64,000 bases of DNA from Malacoraja senta (taxonomy: Eukaryota), in the NCBI GenBank assembly GCA_038087875.1, contig CM075991.1:2852001-2916000 (forward strand), read 5' to 3'. This document shows positions 51,203-63,933 of the stretch, piece after piece. Below the pieces are notes generated by a model that saw only the letters and a program-made list of their open reading frames with translations, was not told the DNA's origin and searched no databases. Numbering within the stretch: position 1 is the first letter of the stretch; every line of letters starts with the position of its first letter. Made by a program: the position numbers and the translations under genes.

Positions 51203-51689
51203 GAACATGCAAACTCCACACAGACAGCACCCGTGGTCATAATTGAGCCCTGGTGTCTGGTGCTGTAAGGCAGTAATCTACCAGCTGCATTACTGTGCCG
51301 CCCTAAGTTCGTGTTGTAAAATATCCCACATGGTATGCATAAGATCAGCATGTTACAATAGACAATAGACAATAGGTCCAGGAGTAGGCCATTCGCCCCT
51401 TTGAGCCCCATTCAATATGATCATGGCTGTTCATCCACTTGTTAAATAAACAACATTGTAGACAGGTGCTGAATATATGCACTAAATATGTGCATGGCCA
51501 CATGCTAGGTTCAGCATGCAGTGCATGCCGAGGTAATAGGCACAAGCAGGATTTGCAAGCTATATTGTGTGTGCTGCATGGTGTAGCTGGGACATGTTGG
51601 CCAGCGTGGGCAAGTTGGGCTGAAGGGCCTGTTTCCACACTGTATCACTCTAGGACTCCATTCATCACAATCTAGTCTCTGGACAACAG

Positions 51690-51889
51690 NNNNNNNNNNN
51701 NNNNNNNNNNNNNNNNNNNNNNNNNNNNNNNNNNNNNNNNNNNNNNNNNNNNNNNNNNNNNNNNNNNNNNNNNNNNNNNNNNNNNNNNNNNNNNNNNNNN
51801 NNNNNNNNNNNNNNNNNNNNNNNNNNNNNNNNNNNNNNNNNNNNNNNNNNNNNNNNNNNNNNNNNNNNNNNNNNNNNNNNNNNNNNNNN
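51690..51889. other. Assembly gap (200 N)
   Basis: Run of 200 N; true size unknown. Confidence 1.
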
Positions 51890-54800
51890 CTTCACAGGAA
51901 TATAGGATGGTCCAAAAATCTTTTTGCGACACATTGGCCTTCATCAGTTAGAGTATTGACTATAGAAGTTGGGAGGTGATGTTGCAGTTGTATAAGACAT
52001 TGGTGAGGCTGCATTTAGAGTATTGGGTTCAGTTTAGGGCACCATGATATAGGAAAGATGTTGTCAAACTAGAAAGGATGCAGAGAAGATTTACATTGCC
52101 AGGGCGTGAGAGCCACAGCTATAGGGAGAGGTTGAGCAGACTAGGACACAATTCCTTGGAGCGCAGGAGGATGAGGGATGTACAAAAATCATGAGAGGTA
52201 TAGATCACGTAGATGCACAGTCTCTTGCCCAGAGTAGGGGAATCGAGAACCAGGGGATATAGGTTTAAGGTGAGGGGGGAACGATTTAATAGGAAGAAGA
52301 GCCCGTCCAGCTGCACACGCGTCAATCTTCAAAGCTGCGGAGTGAAATCACTGACGACAATTACTGAAGTATGATAGTAAGATACATAAAGACTAGAACT
52401 ACCAGCTCGATCTTTTATGAGGGTGGGAGCGGAGGGCACGTAATCCCTCAACATAACTCCTCATAAAATAAAGATCAAACTTCAAACTGGTAAGTTCTCA
52501 TTTAATCTTACTATTTTAATTTGGAGTCACGTGAGTGACTATGTGAAGATTTCAAAGCTCTGTGATTTCAGGCCCTAGATTAAATCCAGGCGCTCACTGC
52601 ATTGATTGACTCTAAATAAGTAAAATAATCAACAGTGCACAACCATAACATGGATGCAACCAATTAATGGTTAATTTATCACCATAATAGTAACCCCTTT
52701 ATCACAAGAGGAATATTTAATACTAAATCCCCAAATAACACCACCAAATAACCATACGTATTATATTCTCCATATGTTAATAGGTGAATTCTTTCACTTA
52801 TGCCTGCAGCCACGAGGATATGTCTTATTAGAACATCCAATTCCTTGGCCGTCAAACTTGATGGTGCCCTGGTGAAATAAGATTAAACATTTTCAGTATC
52901 CATACCTGCATCAAGCAACACATGCTTTAGCCATGTTTTAAATAGTCTAAACCGACACTTTCCTATGCAGTTATTTATGGCTAATAAAATACTCATACTG
53001 AACCTTTTTAAGGTTCTGATAGCTTCAATCTAACATTGTAAATGTGATACCACACATAGACGTGGATCCGTAGGATATGGTGAAACCCCAACTTACATCC
53101 TGTGATTCCACATCTACTCTGTTTAAGCAATTCATAGACATAGAACACAATAGTAACTGTTTGTCTCTTTCCATCAATTCTATTCTTACTTTCTGCAATA
53201 GTTGCACTCTCTGTGCATAAACCAGTCCCCTGAACTTGACTTCCTAATGATAATTCAAGCCAAGGACCGCACTGTAATAGGAGTCCATAAACAAACAATA
53301 TAGCATATCTCTTACATTCCAGATTATTGTATACTTGTGTCTAAGAGGTTTTAGAATTAAAATCCTTTCATAAATTTGCAGACCAAATGGTGTACCCCTA
53401 CGATATTTTGTTCTGATTCCTCCATAGATATGCAGTATTGGCACTCCTTGCAGTATTCATATCATTATAGCTTAACTGCTAATAAAATAAAGAGTTTACA
53501 GAACTCTAACACTACTGATATGTCTATAGTGTGATATGTAATAGTCTGCTTAAACAAAACATATCCCATTTCTTTATGTAAGAATTGTACTACTTCTGGG
53601 TACATCCCTCCAGATTGCAATAATATCCATAGTACAATCTGATAGTCCTCTTCAGATAAATGTCACTCCTTAAAATCTTTAAATCAACAACCAATATGAT
53701 TATGTAAAGGATGTGAATCATCAGTTATAGAGTGCACAAACAGATTAATTCTGTTTGGAAATCATAAGAGGCTTTTGTGATCATTTTAAACACCTCAGGG
53801 TACCATGGTTTTGTAGATCCAATCTAGTACCACCAATACTCCCAAAACGGAATCCTGTTTGCTCTTCTGTATATACTGTTAAATGAGAAAAATGGAAAAT
53901 GTATACAAACATTTTACCCCTATGCAGCAAAAAAACATTCACCACTACTGCCCCAGTATCAGACTTTATAACATATATTTAGGTAATGGGTGGTTAAATC
54001 TGGATACAAACAAGTCATCAATTGTGCTATAATATTGTTAAATTTCACACGATTCAACATACATTCTATATTATCATTGATTTACATGACTTTTGAGTCT
54101 TCAACTATATTGAATCTACCTCATAGGTAGATTGCCAATCAAATATTTCTGGTAAATAGCAGATCCAGATCACATTAGTCAATTACAAGATACTGACTTA
54201 AACCACTCAAATGATTGACATACGTTCTATTCCGTAGTCTCAAACTATGTCTAAACATGCAACTTTGCATATAAGAGCAAATAAGCTTTAGGTCATAAAT
54301 GTTCCTAAAACTTACATAATGATCCCTTGTTATTTGATCAAAAGGTACTTTCTCCATATTCCCTGTACCTCCACAGCTGAAAATACGTATAAGTATGACC
54401 ACAACTTAGAGCACTACCATTAGTGTGTAGCATAATGGAAGGTGTTTAGCCAGAATCTCTCTGGAGGCATTTGAGACACTCCTGATTCATTAATATTCCA
54501 GTAATAACTGTAACTGGCAAATACATGGCCTGGCAAACTTACCATAAATTGTATTATCCATGCTTACTATAAATTTTGATAATGCCGCAATCTAAATTCT
54601 ACAGCTGAAAATAAGCAACATTTGTAACATAGGCTTGTTTCCTGCCTAATTGAAGGTTGGTGCTCTATAATGAGCTTAATACCACTTCCAATTAAATGCC
54701 TAATTAAGGATTAGTGCTCTATATTGACCTTTATACAATGGTTGATGCTCTATAATGAGCTACGTACAACTTCCACTTAAATGCAGCCTTAATCCTGCAA

Positions 54801-56994
54801 TCGAATCATGGTCATGTGTTCTCATTTAATAATGGAACCCAAATCATCAATAACTGTGTTTGGAAACTGTTTTAGATTTATCTCGATGGTTAACAAATCT
54901 CCAAAATGAGCTTTATTCTAACACTCATGGTTCTGTTGTAGTCCAAATGTTTCCTACAATCAGAATATGGCAATAGACCATTACCAAATGGCCCCGAGTC
55001 CTTAGTAAAGCTAATATTAAATCCTGTCAAATAGCCTCAAGGCTGAGGCTAAACATAATACAGTGCTTTAAATTGCCATCATTGGCTTATCTAGATAAAA
55101 TAGAAAATCTATTATACCATACACAGTCACATAGTAAAATGCTTATTTGTGAAATTGGCTGCATAACATTAACAAATGTTATCCACTGTTTATACTGTAC
55201 AAAATAGAGTTTAAATTTGTCAGATGTAGATAAATCTACACCCACCATCCTTATTTGCTCTCATAACATATTTGGCATTAATTGATGGTAATGGTGAACT
55301 GACCTCTTAATCATCTCTTTCCCACAATATTTCATGTTTTGTCTGAATCTACATATTCTCTTATTTTGAGAAAATATGTGTCTGGTTTCAAATACCTTAG
55401 TAAGAGAAACCAAATATGGGTAGAACTACATTCTAAACCCCATAATACTGTACAGTATAATATCAATTTGCCATTTTATAGTAAGCAATGTAATCTTCCC
55501 CAACTTGTAAGTGTAAAACATTTAATATGTTTCTTACAGAACCAGACCTCCTCCTCAGGGTTTGCTCATGGAAATTGTTATCCCCTGATCTTAGTGGAAT
55601 ATTATAACTTCCACATAACTCAGGAGGAGTGCGCCTATAATGCACATATGGGAAAGACAGAATTGATACTTTACTATCCCCAGTCACCACATATTGGTAG
55701 GGAAAACTGCCTTAATTTTATCTGTTAATCACACAGGATCATACCTTTTTTGGCTAGATTTTTCTAAAACAGATTAATAGACAATTTAAATATTAGATGG
55801 TGTACAGAGCCCCCCAAACTTAGGGTATATATTAGGTTTTATAGCACTTTTATAAAACAATTACTTGAAAGTGCACACTACTACATGAGTGCTAATTCAA
55901 CACATGCTCTCCATCCACCTTTGGTCAAAAAAGCCTTAACGCCTGACCAGTAATTTCAATACCCTCTCCCCCACTGAGACTTGCTTATCATGCTCAATAC
56001 TGCGGGTTTATATTTGTAGACAGCTCATACCTGGTTAGAACCTGGAGCTGCTGGGAGAGTAAGTATTTTATTGACATAGTTTATTTATCTCCCAATGGTT
56101 CCCTCATCTTTTTGGAACCAACTATACCAATTAGGCATTTAATTGGAAGTTGTATTAAGCTCATTACGTAGCACCAACCCTCAATTAGGCAGGAAACAAG
56201 CCTATTTTACAAATGTTGCTTATTTTCAGCTGTAGAATTTAGACTGCGGTATTATCAGAGTTTATAGTAAGCATGGATAGAGGAATGGATAATTCAATTT
56301 ATGGTAAGTTTGCCAGGCCATGTATTTGCCAGTTACAGTTATTACTGGAATATTAATGAATCAGGAGTGTCTCAAATGCCTCCAGAGAGATTCTGGCTAA
56401 ACACCTTCCATTATGCTACACACTAATGGTAGTGCTCTAAGTTGAGGTCATACTTATAAGTATTTTCAGCTGTGGAGGTACATGGAATATGGAGAAAGTA
56501 CCTTTTGATCCAATAACAAGGGATCATTATGTAAGTTTTAGGAACATTTATGACCTAAAGCTTATTGCTCTTATATGCAAAGTTGCATGTTTAGACATAG
56601 ATTGAGACTACGGAATAGAAGGTATGTCAATCATTCGAGTGGCTTAAGTCAGTATCTTGTAATAGACTGGCTAATGTGATCTGGATCTGGTGTTTACCAG
56701 AAATATTTGATTGGCAATCTACCTATGAGGTAGATTCAATATAGTTGAAGACTCAAAAGTCATGTAAATCAATGATAATATAGAATGTATGTTGGATCGT
56801 GAGAAATTTAATAATATTATAGCACGATTGATGACTTGTTTGTATCCAGATTTAACCACCAATTACCTAAATATATGTTATAAAGTCTGATACTGGGGCA
56901 GTAGTGGTGGATGTTTCTCGCTGCATTGTGGTAAAATGTTTGTATACATTTTTCCATTTTTTCTCATTTAACAGTATATACAGAAGAGCAAACA

Positions 56995-58042
56995 GTAGGT
57001 ATGTTACAATACTTACCTTCAGCGGCGCTGTAATTCTGCCACTGGCCGTGTGCGTGATTTTGGCGCCTTTAAGGGGGGGGGGGGGGGGGGTTAAAACGCG
57101 GGTTTCTCCTACCTTGTCCTGTATTATATGTCGTTGGAGTGCAACCTTTTGCTGAAATCTTTCCTACGGGCGTTTTGTGTATTTTTTATTTTTATTAAAT
57201 CGACAATGTCAGCGCTGGAGTCATTTTAAAATCAGCTTCTGAAGCCGTCAACGCCGACAACGGGGACGGATTTCACACACGGGACAGGTAAACGAAAGTG
57301 GTTTATTTTAATGTATAAAAGTGCTTCTTAAGAAGCCTTTAATTCATATTTTTTCATGCGAAACGGTGATATTTTTCCCCGAACTAACGGCAGAATTTTT
57401 CATGCCGATACGGGGTTAAAATCACCGCAAATCAACGTTCCAAATGATCGCGTTCTAGAAAACCTCACTCGCAAAATGATTTAAATGGCCATTAATTTAC
57501 AGGTATTAAACATTCAATTCCTTCCATTCGGCCTGTTAATCCATGACAATGAGATTTAAAAATTATGTTATATTGTGAATTCTTGTGTGAATGTTATTTG
57601 GACACTTAGGCTATTTAAAAATGTTAATCTATTCTTAAGAAATTGATAGATGTTTAGATCTAGTAATTGAATTTTGTAATTAGCTACAATTAGGTAACTA
57701 ACTAATTATATGCTTTAATTTCATGTCATCTAAGTAAGATTGTTTCATATTTGTTTCAGAATGCTTCAATCTATAATAACTGAAAATTTCTTTCAGTTCT
57801 CTTAATTTTTATGAAAGTTATGGGCTTTTGACTGTCCTCGATCACAGCTTTTGTGTTAAGTCAATGGAAAAGCAATAGGGAACAAGATGCTAATTTCCGA
57901 GTATGAAAATGGCCATAACCTTTTTAATACTGAAGATATGAAAGTGAATTAGGTGTCAAATTTAACTTATTTTTATGCTTTATCTGATGGGATAAATTGC
58001 AGACTTTATTTTTTAAATCTCAAAATTTTGTAACATTGCTAC
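56995..58042. mobile_element. Non-autonomous TIR DNA transposon (superfamily uncertain) in the right DIRS arm
   Basis: TIRs GTAGGTATGTTACAA / TTGTAACATTGCTAC. TSD is AAACA (or CAAACAG if the termini are TAG...CTA). The empty site is visible in the left arm at ~53850-53865. Confidence 0.85.
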
Positions 58043-58591
58043 AAACAGGATTCCGTTTCGGGAGTATTGGTGGTACTAGATTGGATCTACAAATCCATGG
58101 TACCCTGAGGTGTTTAAAATGATCACAAAGCCTCTTACGATTTCCAAACAGAATTAATCTGTTTGTGCACTCTATAACTGATGATTCACATCCATTACAT
58201 AATCGTATTGGTTGTTGATTTACAGAGTTTAAGGAGTGACATTTATTGGAAGAGGACTATCAGATTGTACTGTGGATATTATTGCAACCTGGAGGGATAT
58301 TACCCAGAAGTAGTACAATTCTTACATAAAGAAATGGGATATGTTTTATTTAAGCAGAATATTACATATCACACTATAGACATATCAGTAGTGTTAGAGT
58401 TCTGTAAACTCTTATTTAGTTAGCAGTTAAACTGTAATACTATGAATACTGCAAGGAGTGCCGTTACTGCATATCTATGGAGGATTCAGAATAAAATGTT
58501 GTAGGGTTACACCCTTTGGTCTGCAAATTTATGAAAGGATTTTAATTCTAAACCTCTTAGACACAAGTATACAATAATCTGGAATGTAAGA

Positions 58592-60422
58592 AGAGAAAGA
58601 GATTAATTAAAACAAATGTAGGTCCCTTGCAGTCAGAAACAGGTGAATTGATCATGGGGAACAAGGGCATGGTGGACCAATTGAATAAGTACTTTGGTTC
58701 CGTCTTCACTAAGGAAGACATAAATAATCTGCCGGAAATAGCAGGGGACCGCGGGTCAAAGGAGATGGAGGAACTGAGTGAAATCCAGGTGAGCCGGGAA
58801 GTGGTGTTAGGTAAATTGAATGGATTAAAGGCTGATAATTCCTAGGGCCAGATAGGCTGCATCCCAGAGTACTTAAGGAAGTAGCTCCAGAAATAGTGGA
58901 TGCATAGTGATAATTTTTCAAAACTCTTTAGATTCTGGAGTAGTTCCTGAGGATTGGAGGGTAGCTAATGTAACCCCACTTTTTAAAAAGGGAGGGAGAG
59001 AGAAAACGGGGAATTACAGACTAGTTATTCTAACATCGGTAGTGGGGAAACTGCTAGAGTCAGTTATTAAAGATGGGATAGCAGCTCATTTGAAAAGTGG
59101 TGAAATCATTGGACAAAGTCAGCATGGATTTACGAAAGGTAAATCATGTCTGACGAATCTTATAGAAATTTTCAAGGATGTAACTAGTAGAGTGCATAGG
59201 GGAGAACCAGTGGATGTGTTATATCTGGACTTTCAGAAGGTTTTCGACAAGGTCCCACATAAGAGATTAGTATACAAACTTAAAGCACACGGTATTGGGG
59301 GTTCAGTATTGATGTGGATAGAGAACTGGCTGGCAAACTGGAAGCAAAGAGTAGGAGTAAACGGGTCCTTTTCAGAATGGCAGGCAGTGACTAGTGGGGT
59401 ACCACAAGGCTCAGTGCTGGGACCCCAGCTATTTACAATATATATTAATGATTTGGACGAGGGAATTGAATGCAACATCTCCAAGTTTGCGGATGACACT
59501 AAGCTGGGGGGCAGTGTTAGCTGTGAGGAGGATGCTAGGAGGCTGCAAGGTGACTTGGATAGGCTGGGTGAGTGGGCAAATGCATGGCAGATGCAGTATA
59601 ATGTGGATAAATGTGAGGTTATCCACTTTGGTGGCAAAAACAGGAAAGCAGACTATTATCTAAATGGTGGCCGATTAGAAAAAGGGGAGATGCAACGAGA
59701 CCTGGGTGTCATGGTACACCAGTCATTGAAAGTAGGCATTCAGGTGCAGCAGGCAGTGAAGAAAGTGAATGGTATGTTAGCATTCGTAGCAAAAAGATTT
59801 GAGTATAGGAGCAGGGAGGTTCTACTGCAGTTGTACAGGGTCTTGGTGAGACCACACCTGGAGTATTGCGTACAGTTTTGGTCTCCAAATCTGAGGAAGG
59901 ACATTATTGCCATAGAGGGAGTGCAGAGAAGGTTCACCAGACTGATTCCTGGGATGTCAGGACTTTCATATGAAGAAAGACTGGATAGACTCGGCTTGTA
60001 CTCGCTAGAATTTAGGAGATTGAGGGGGGATCTTATAGAAGCTTACAATATTCTTAAGGGGTTGGACAGGCTAGATGCAGGAAGATTGTTCCCGATGTTG
60101 GGGAAGTCCAGGACAAGGGGTCACAGTTTAAGGATAAGGGGGAAATCCTTTAGGACCGAGATGAGAAAAAATAAATTCACACAGAGAGTGGTGAATCTGT
60201 GGAACTCTCTGCCACAGAAGGTAGTTGAGGCCAGTTCATTGGCTATATTTAAGAGGGAGTTAGATGTGGCCCTTGTGGCTAAAGGGATCAGGGGGTATGG
60301 AGAGAAGGCAGGTACGGGATATTGAGTTGGATGATCAGTCATGATCATATTGAATGGCGGTGCAGGCTCGAAGGGCCGAATGGCCTACTCCTGCACCTAT
60401 TTTCTATGTTTTTATGTTTTCT
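58592..60422 (+). mobile_element. 5'-truncated young CR1 LINE with a 472-aa open RT/C-terminal frame
   Basis: ORF 58907-60325 with QHGF, GVPQGSVLGP and FADD; TSD ATGTAAGA at 58584-58591 and 60423-60430. Confidence 0.95.
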
Positions 60423-61260
60423 ATGTAAGAGATATATTATATTGTTTGTTTATGGACTCCTATTACAGTGCTGTCCTTGGCTTGAATTACCATAATGGAA
60501 GTCAAGTTCAGGGGACTGGTTTATGCACAGAGAGTGCAACTATTGCAGAAAGTAAGAATAGACATGATGGAAAGAGCAACAGTTACTATTGTGTTCTATG
60601 TCTATGAATTGCTTAAACAGAGTAGATGTGGAATCACAGGATGTAAGTTGGGGTTTCACCATATCCTACGGATCCACGTCTATGTGTGGTATCACATTTA
60701 CAATGTTAGATTGAAGCTATCAGAACCTTAAAAAGGTTCAGTATGAGTATTTTATTAGCCATAAATAGCTGCATAGGAAAGTGTCGGTTTAGACTATTTT
60801 AAAAATGGCTAAAGCATGTGTTGCTTGATGCAGGTATGGATACTGACAAAGTTTAATCTTATTTCACCAGGGCACCATCAAGTTTGACGGCCAAGGAATT
60901 GGATGTTCTAATAAAACATATCCTCGTGGCTGCAGGCATAAGTGAAATAAGGAGATTATAATACCTGTGGTTATTTGGTGGTGTTATTTTTTGGTTTTAA
61001 TATTGAATATTCCTCTTGTGATAAAGGGGTTACTATTATGGTGATAAATTAACCATTAATTGGTTGCATCCATGTTATGGTTGTGCATTGTTGATTGTTT
61101 TACTTATTTAGAGTCAATCAATGCAGTGAGCGCCTGGATTGAATCTACAGCCTGAAATCACAGAGCTTTGAAATCTTCACATAGTCACTCACGTGACTCC
61201 GAAGTAAAATAGTAAGATTAAACGAGAGCTTACCAGTTTGAAGTTTGATCTTTATTTTAT

Positions 61261-61631
61261 AGAAACATAGAAACATAGAAAATAGGTGCAGGAGTAGGCC
61301 ATTCGGCCCTTCGAGCCTGCACCGCCATTCGATATGATCATGGCTGATCATCCAACTCAGTATCCCATCCCTGCCTTCTCTCCGTACCCCCTGATCCCTT
61401 TAGCCAGAAGGGCCACATCTAACTCCCTCTTAAATATAGCCAATGAACTGGCCTCAACTACCTTCTGTGGCAGAGAATTCCACAGATTCACCACTCTCAG
61501 TGTAAAAAATGATTTTCTCATCTCGGTCCTAAAAGACTTCCCTCTTATCCTTAAACTGTGACCCCTTGTTCTGGACTTCCCCAACATCGGGAATAATCTT
61601 CCTGCATCGAGCCTGTCCAACCCCTTAAGAA
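61261..61631 (-). mobile_element. CR1 3' fragment inserted in the DIRS ICR
   Basis: Reverse CR1 tail; flanked by a duplicated TTTAT. Confidence 0.88.
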
Positions 61632-63254
61632 TTTATGAGGAGTTACGTTGAGGGATTACGTGCCCTCCGCTCCCACCCTCATAAAAGATTGAGCTGGTAG
61701 TTCTAGTCCTTATGTATCTTACTATCATACTTCAGTAATTGTCGTCTGTGATTTCACTCCGCTGCTTTGAAGATTGACGCGTGTGCGGCTGGACGGGTTC
61801 TTCTTCACGTAGTCCGTCAACGTAACTCCTCATAAAATAAAGATAAACTTCAAACTGGTAAGTTCTCATTTAATCTTACTATTTAATAGGAACCTGAGGG
61901 GTAACCTTTTCATGGAAACGTTGATAGGTATATGAAACAAGCTGCCAAAGGAGGTAATTGAGCCAGGGACTATTGCAATGTTTAAGAAATATTTAGACAG
62001 GTACATGGATAGGACAAGTTTAGAGGGATATGGGCCAAATGCAGGCAGGTATGACTAGTGTAGATGGGACATATTGGCCAGTGTGGGCAAGTTGGGCTGA
62101 ACAGCCTGTTTCCATGCTGTAAGATTCTATAACTCTTTGAAAGTTGACTGTTCCTGAAGTTCTTTGGGCTCCATGAATAACGATTGTTCAACATCAACGC
62201 AGGTACCTCAAATCTGAAACACCTTCACATTATCCTGAACTACAGATATCCCTGTGGGGTACACACTGGGGGGAAATAGATGGAATAGATGGTTGGGCTT
62301 CCGAAGACAAGACAAGAGACAAGCAAGAGACATTTATTGTTACATGCACCAATTGGTACAGTGAAATTTGTGGTCACCATACAGCCATACGAATAAAATA
62401 TGTATTCGCACTTTATTTTAACACACACGATAGTCTTTAACACAAACATCCCCACACAGCGGAATCAAGTTTCCCACTGTGAGGGAAGGCACCAAAGTTC
62501 AGTCATCCTCCACTGTTGTTCTGTTGTTCACCCATTGTCGGGGCCTCCCCCCGCTATCGCCGCTACGGGCAGCCCGATGCTCAGGCCCTCTCGCCGGGAT
62601 GATGGAACTCAGACGTCGGAACGGGAGAACATTCTCAGCGGCCACTTCCACAGTCCGAGCTGGGCGGAGATTCACGCTGGTGGCCCTCGGCAAAGGGTCC
62701 CAGGACTCCACGATGTTGAAGTCAGCGCCGCCTGCGGCTGGGAGCTCTGCAAACCCCAGCTCCGTGATGTTGAAGCAGCAGGCCCAACACTCCGGAGCTT
62801 CAAACGACGATACGGGTAAAGCATCGTCCCGCTCCGCGATGTATCCAGCGCTGTGCCGCCGCCGAAGCTTTGGCCGGTCTCCGGCAGGAAAAGCCGCGCC
62901 AATCCAGTTGGTAGGCCACGAGAGGGGGGCGAGGACGCGACTCGGAGAATAGTCGCATCCTCGCCAGGAGGTGACTGGGAAATGGTCTCCCCCTTACCCT
63001 ACCCCCCTCCCCCACATAGAAAAGCTAAAGAAATCCTCCAAAACATACCTTTAAACAAATGCAGGTGGATAACGTTTTGGGAAAGAAGTCTGAAGAAAGG
63101 TCTGGTCCAAAAACGTTATCTACCTATATTCTCCAGAGATGCTGCCTGACCCACTGAATTACTCCAACACATTGAGTCTGAAATATTTTGTTTCTTAAAT
63201 GTTCCATATTTATTCAGGCTTTCAGCACGGATTAGCCTAGTGCACATTCAAATT

Positions 63255-63560
63255 AGTTTACTGTAGTTTAGAGATACAGCCTGCAAACAGGCCATTCGGC
63301 CCACTGAGTCTGCGATGACCTGCAATTCCCGCACACTAACACTGCCCTACACACACGAGGGACAATTTATAATTGTAGCAAGCCAATTAACCTGCAAACC
63401 TGTACGTCTTTGGAGTGTGGGAGGAAACCGGAGATCTGGGAGAAAACCCACAGTCATGGGGAGAAGGTACAAACTCCATACAGGCAGCACCCATGGTCAG
63501 GATGGAATGTGGGTCTCTGGCGCTGTAAGGCAGCAACTCTACCTCTGCGCCACCATGCCG
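63255..63560 (-). mobile_element. HE1-type tRNA-derived V-SINE (others at ~20660-20990 + and ~51010-51300 -)
   Basis: tRNA-like head GGTGGCGCAGAGGTAGAGTTGCTGCC, V-core TGTATGGAGTTTGTACCTTCTCCCC and CR1-like tail. Confidence 0.75.
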
Positions 63561-63638
63561 CTCTAATGAACGTATGAGCACGCGGGTGAGATTAGTATGA
63601 GCACGCGTGTGAGATTGTGTGTTTTATTTTCTCTGAAG

Positions 63639-63734
63639 GAAGTTTGATTTTCGCAAACATGGCAGTGGCAATACTGGAGCAGGGCCTGCCCCTATGGATG
63701 ATGAAGACCATGTGTTCCCCAAAACTACAGCTAG
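63639..63734 (+). CDS. SLC18A1: Vesicular monoamine transporter (VMAT1-like) internal exon, TM7 and luminal loop (96 nt)
   Basis: AAG|GA AGT...CTA G|GTATGA; (G)[31 protein letters not shown], compared with VMAT1 [32 protein letters not shown]. Confidence 0.85.
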
Positions 63735-63854
63735 GTATGAGATCAACAAAACCATTTGTTTACAAAGCCGACTCGGTAACGGGCAAGATGGGGGCGCGAT
63801 CAGCTCCCTGCCACCTCCACATCTTCATTAATCCCAGTCTGTTTCTCCGGATAG

Positions 63855-63933
63855 GTCTGGCTTTCTTGCCCTCCACCATTGCCTACCTGCTGGGCACAAG
63901 TCTCTTCGGAGTCGTTGCCAACAAAATAGGCAG
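63855..63933 (+). CDS. SLC18A1: Vesicular monoamine transporter (VMAT1-like) internal exon, TM8 (79 nt)
   Basis: TAG|GT CTG...GGC AG|GTAGG; (G)[25 protein letters not shown](R). GLAF, LFG and ANK are closer to VMAT1 than to VMAT2 (GVAF, IFG, AHK). Confidence 0.85.

Larger units (their letters stand above)
52293..61884. mobile_element. Degenerate DIRS1-like tyrosine-recombinase retroelement in fold-back configuration
   Basis: RT remnant KDGGCRFI (minus, 55229-55252); methyltransferase-region remnant DLFVSRFNHQLPKY (~56834-56875); YR tail TRAPSSLTAKELDVLIKHILVAAG (~60866-60937). ICR at ~61175-61260 plus 61637-61662 is complementary to the terminus 61806-61884, which ends in TTT. Confidence 0.82.

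Noticed and set aside
52293..61884. Palindrome as a sequencing fold-back artefact
   Set aside because: The arms differ by many substitutions and by three TSD-flanked insertions, and the host CR1 is contiguous across the element
62400..63050. CpG-rich overlapping ORFs as a gene or CpG-island promoter
   Set aside because: No recognisable protein; ends in a retroelement-like tail (AATAAA plus short tandem repeats on the minus strand) similar to the element at 31650-33085
63500..63560. tRNA gene
   Set aside because: It is the tRNA-derived head of a V-SINE, continuous with the SINE core, with a degenerate B box
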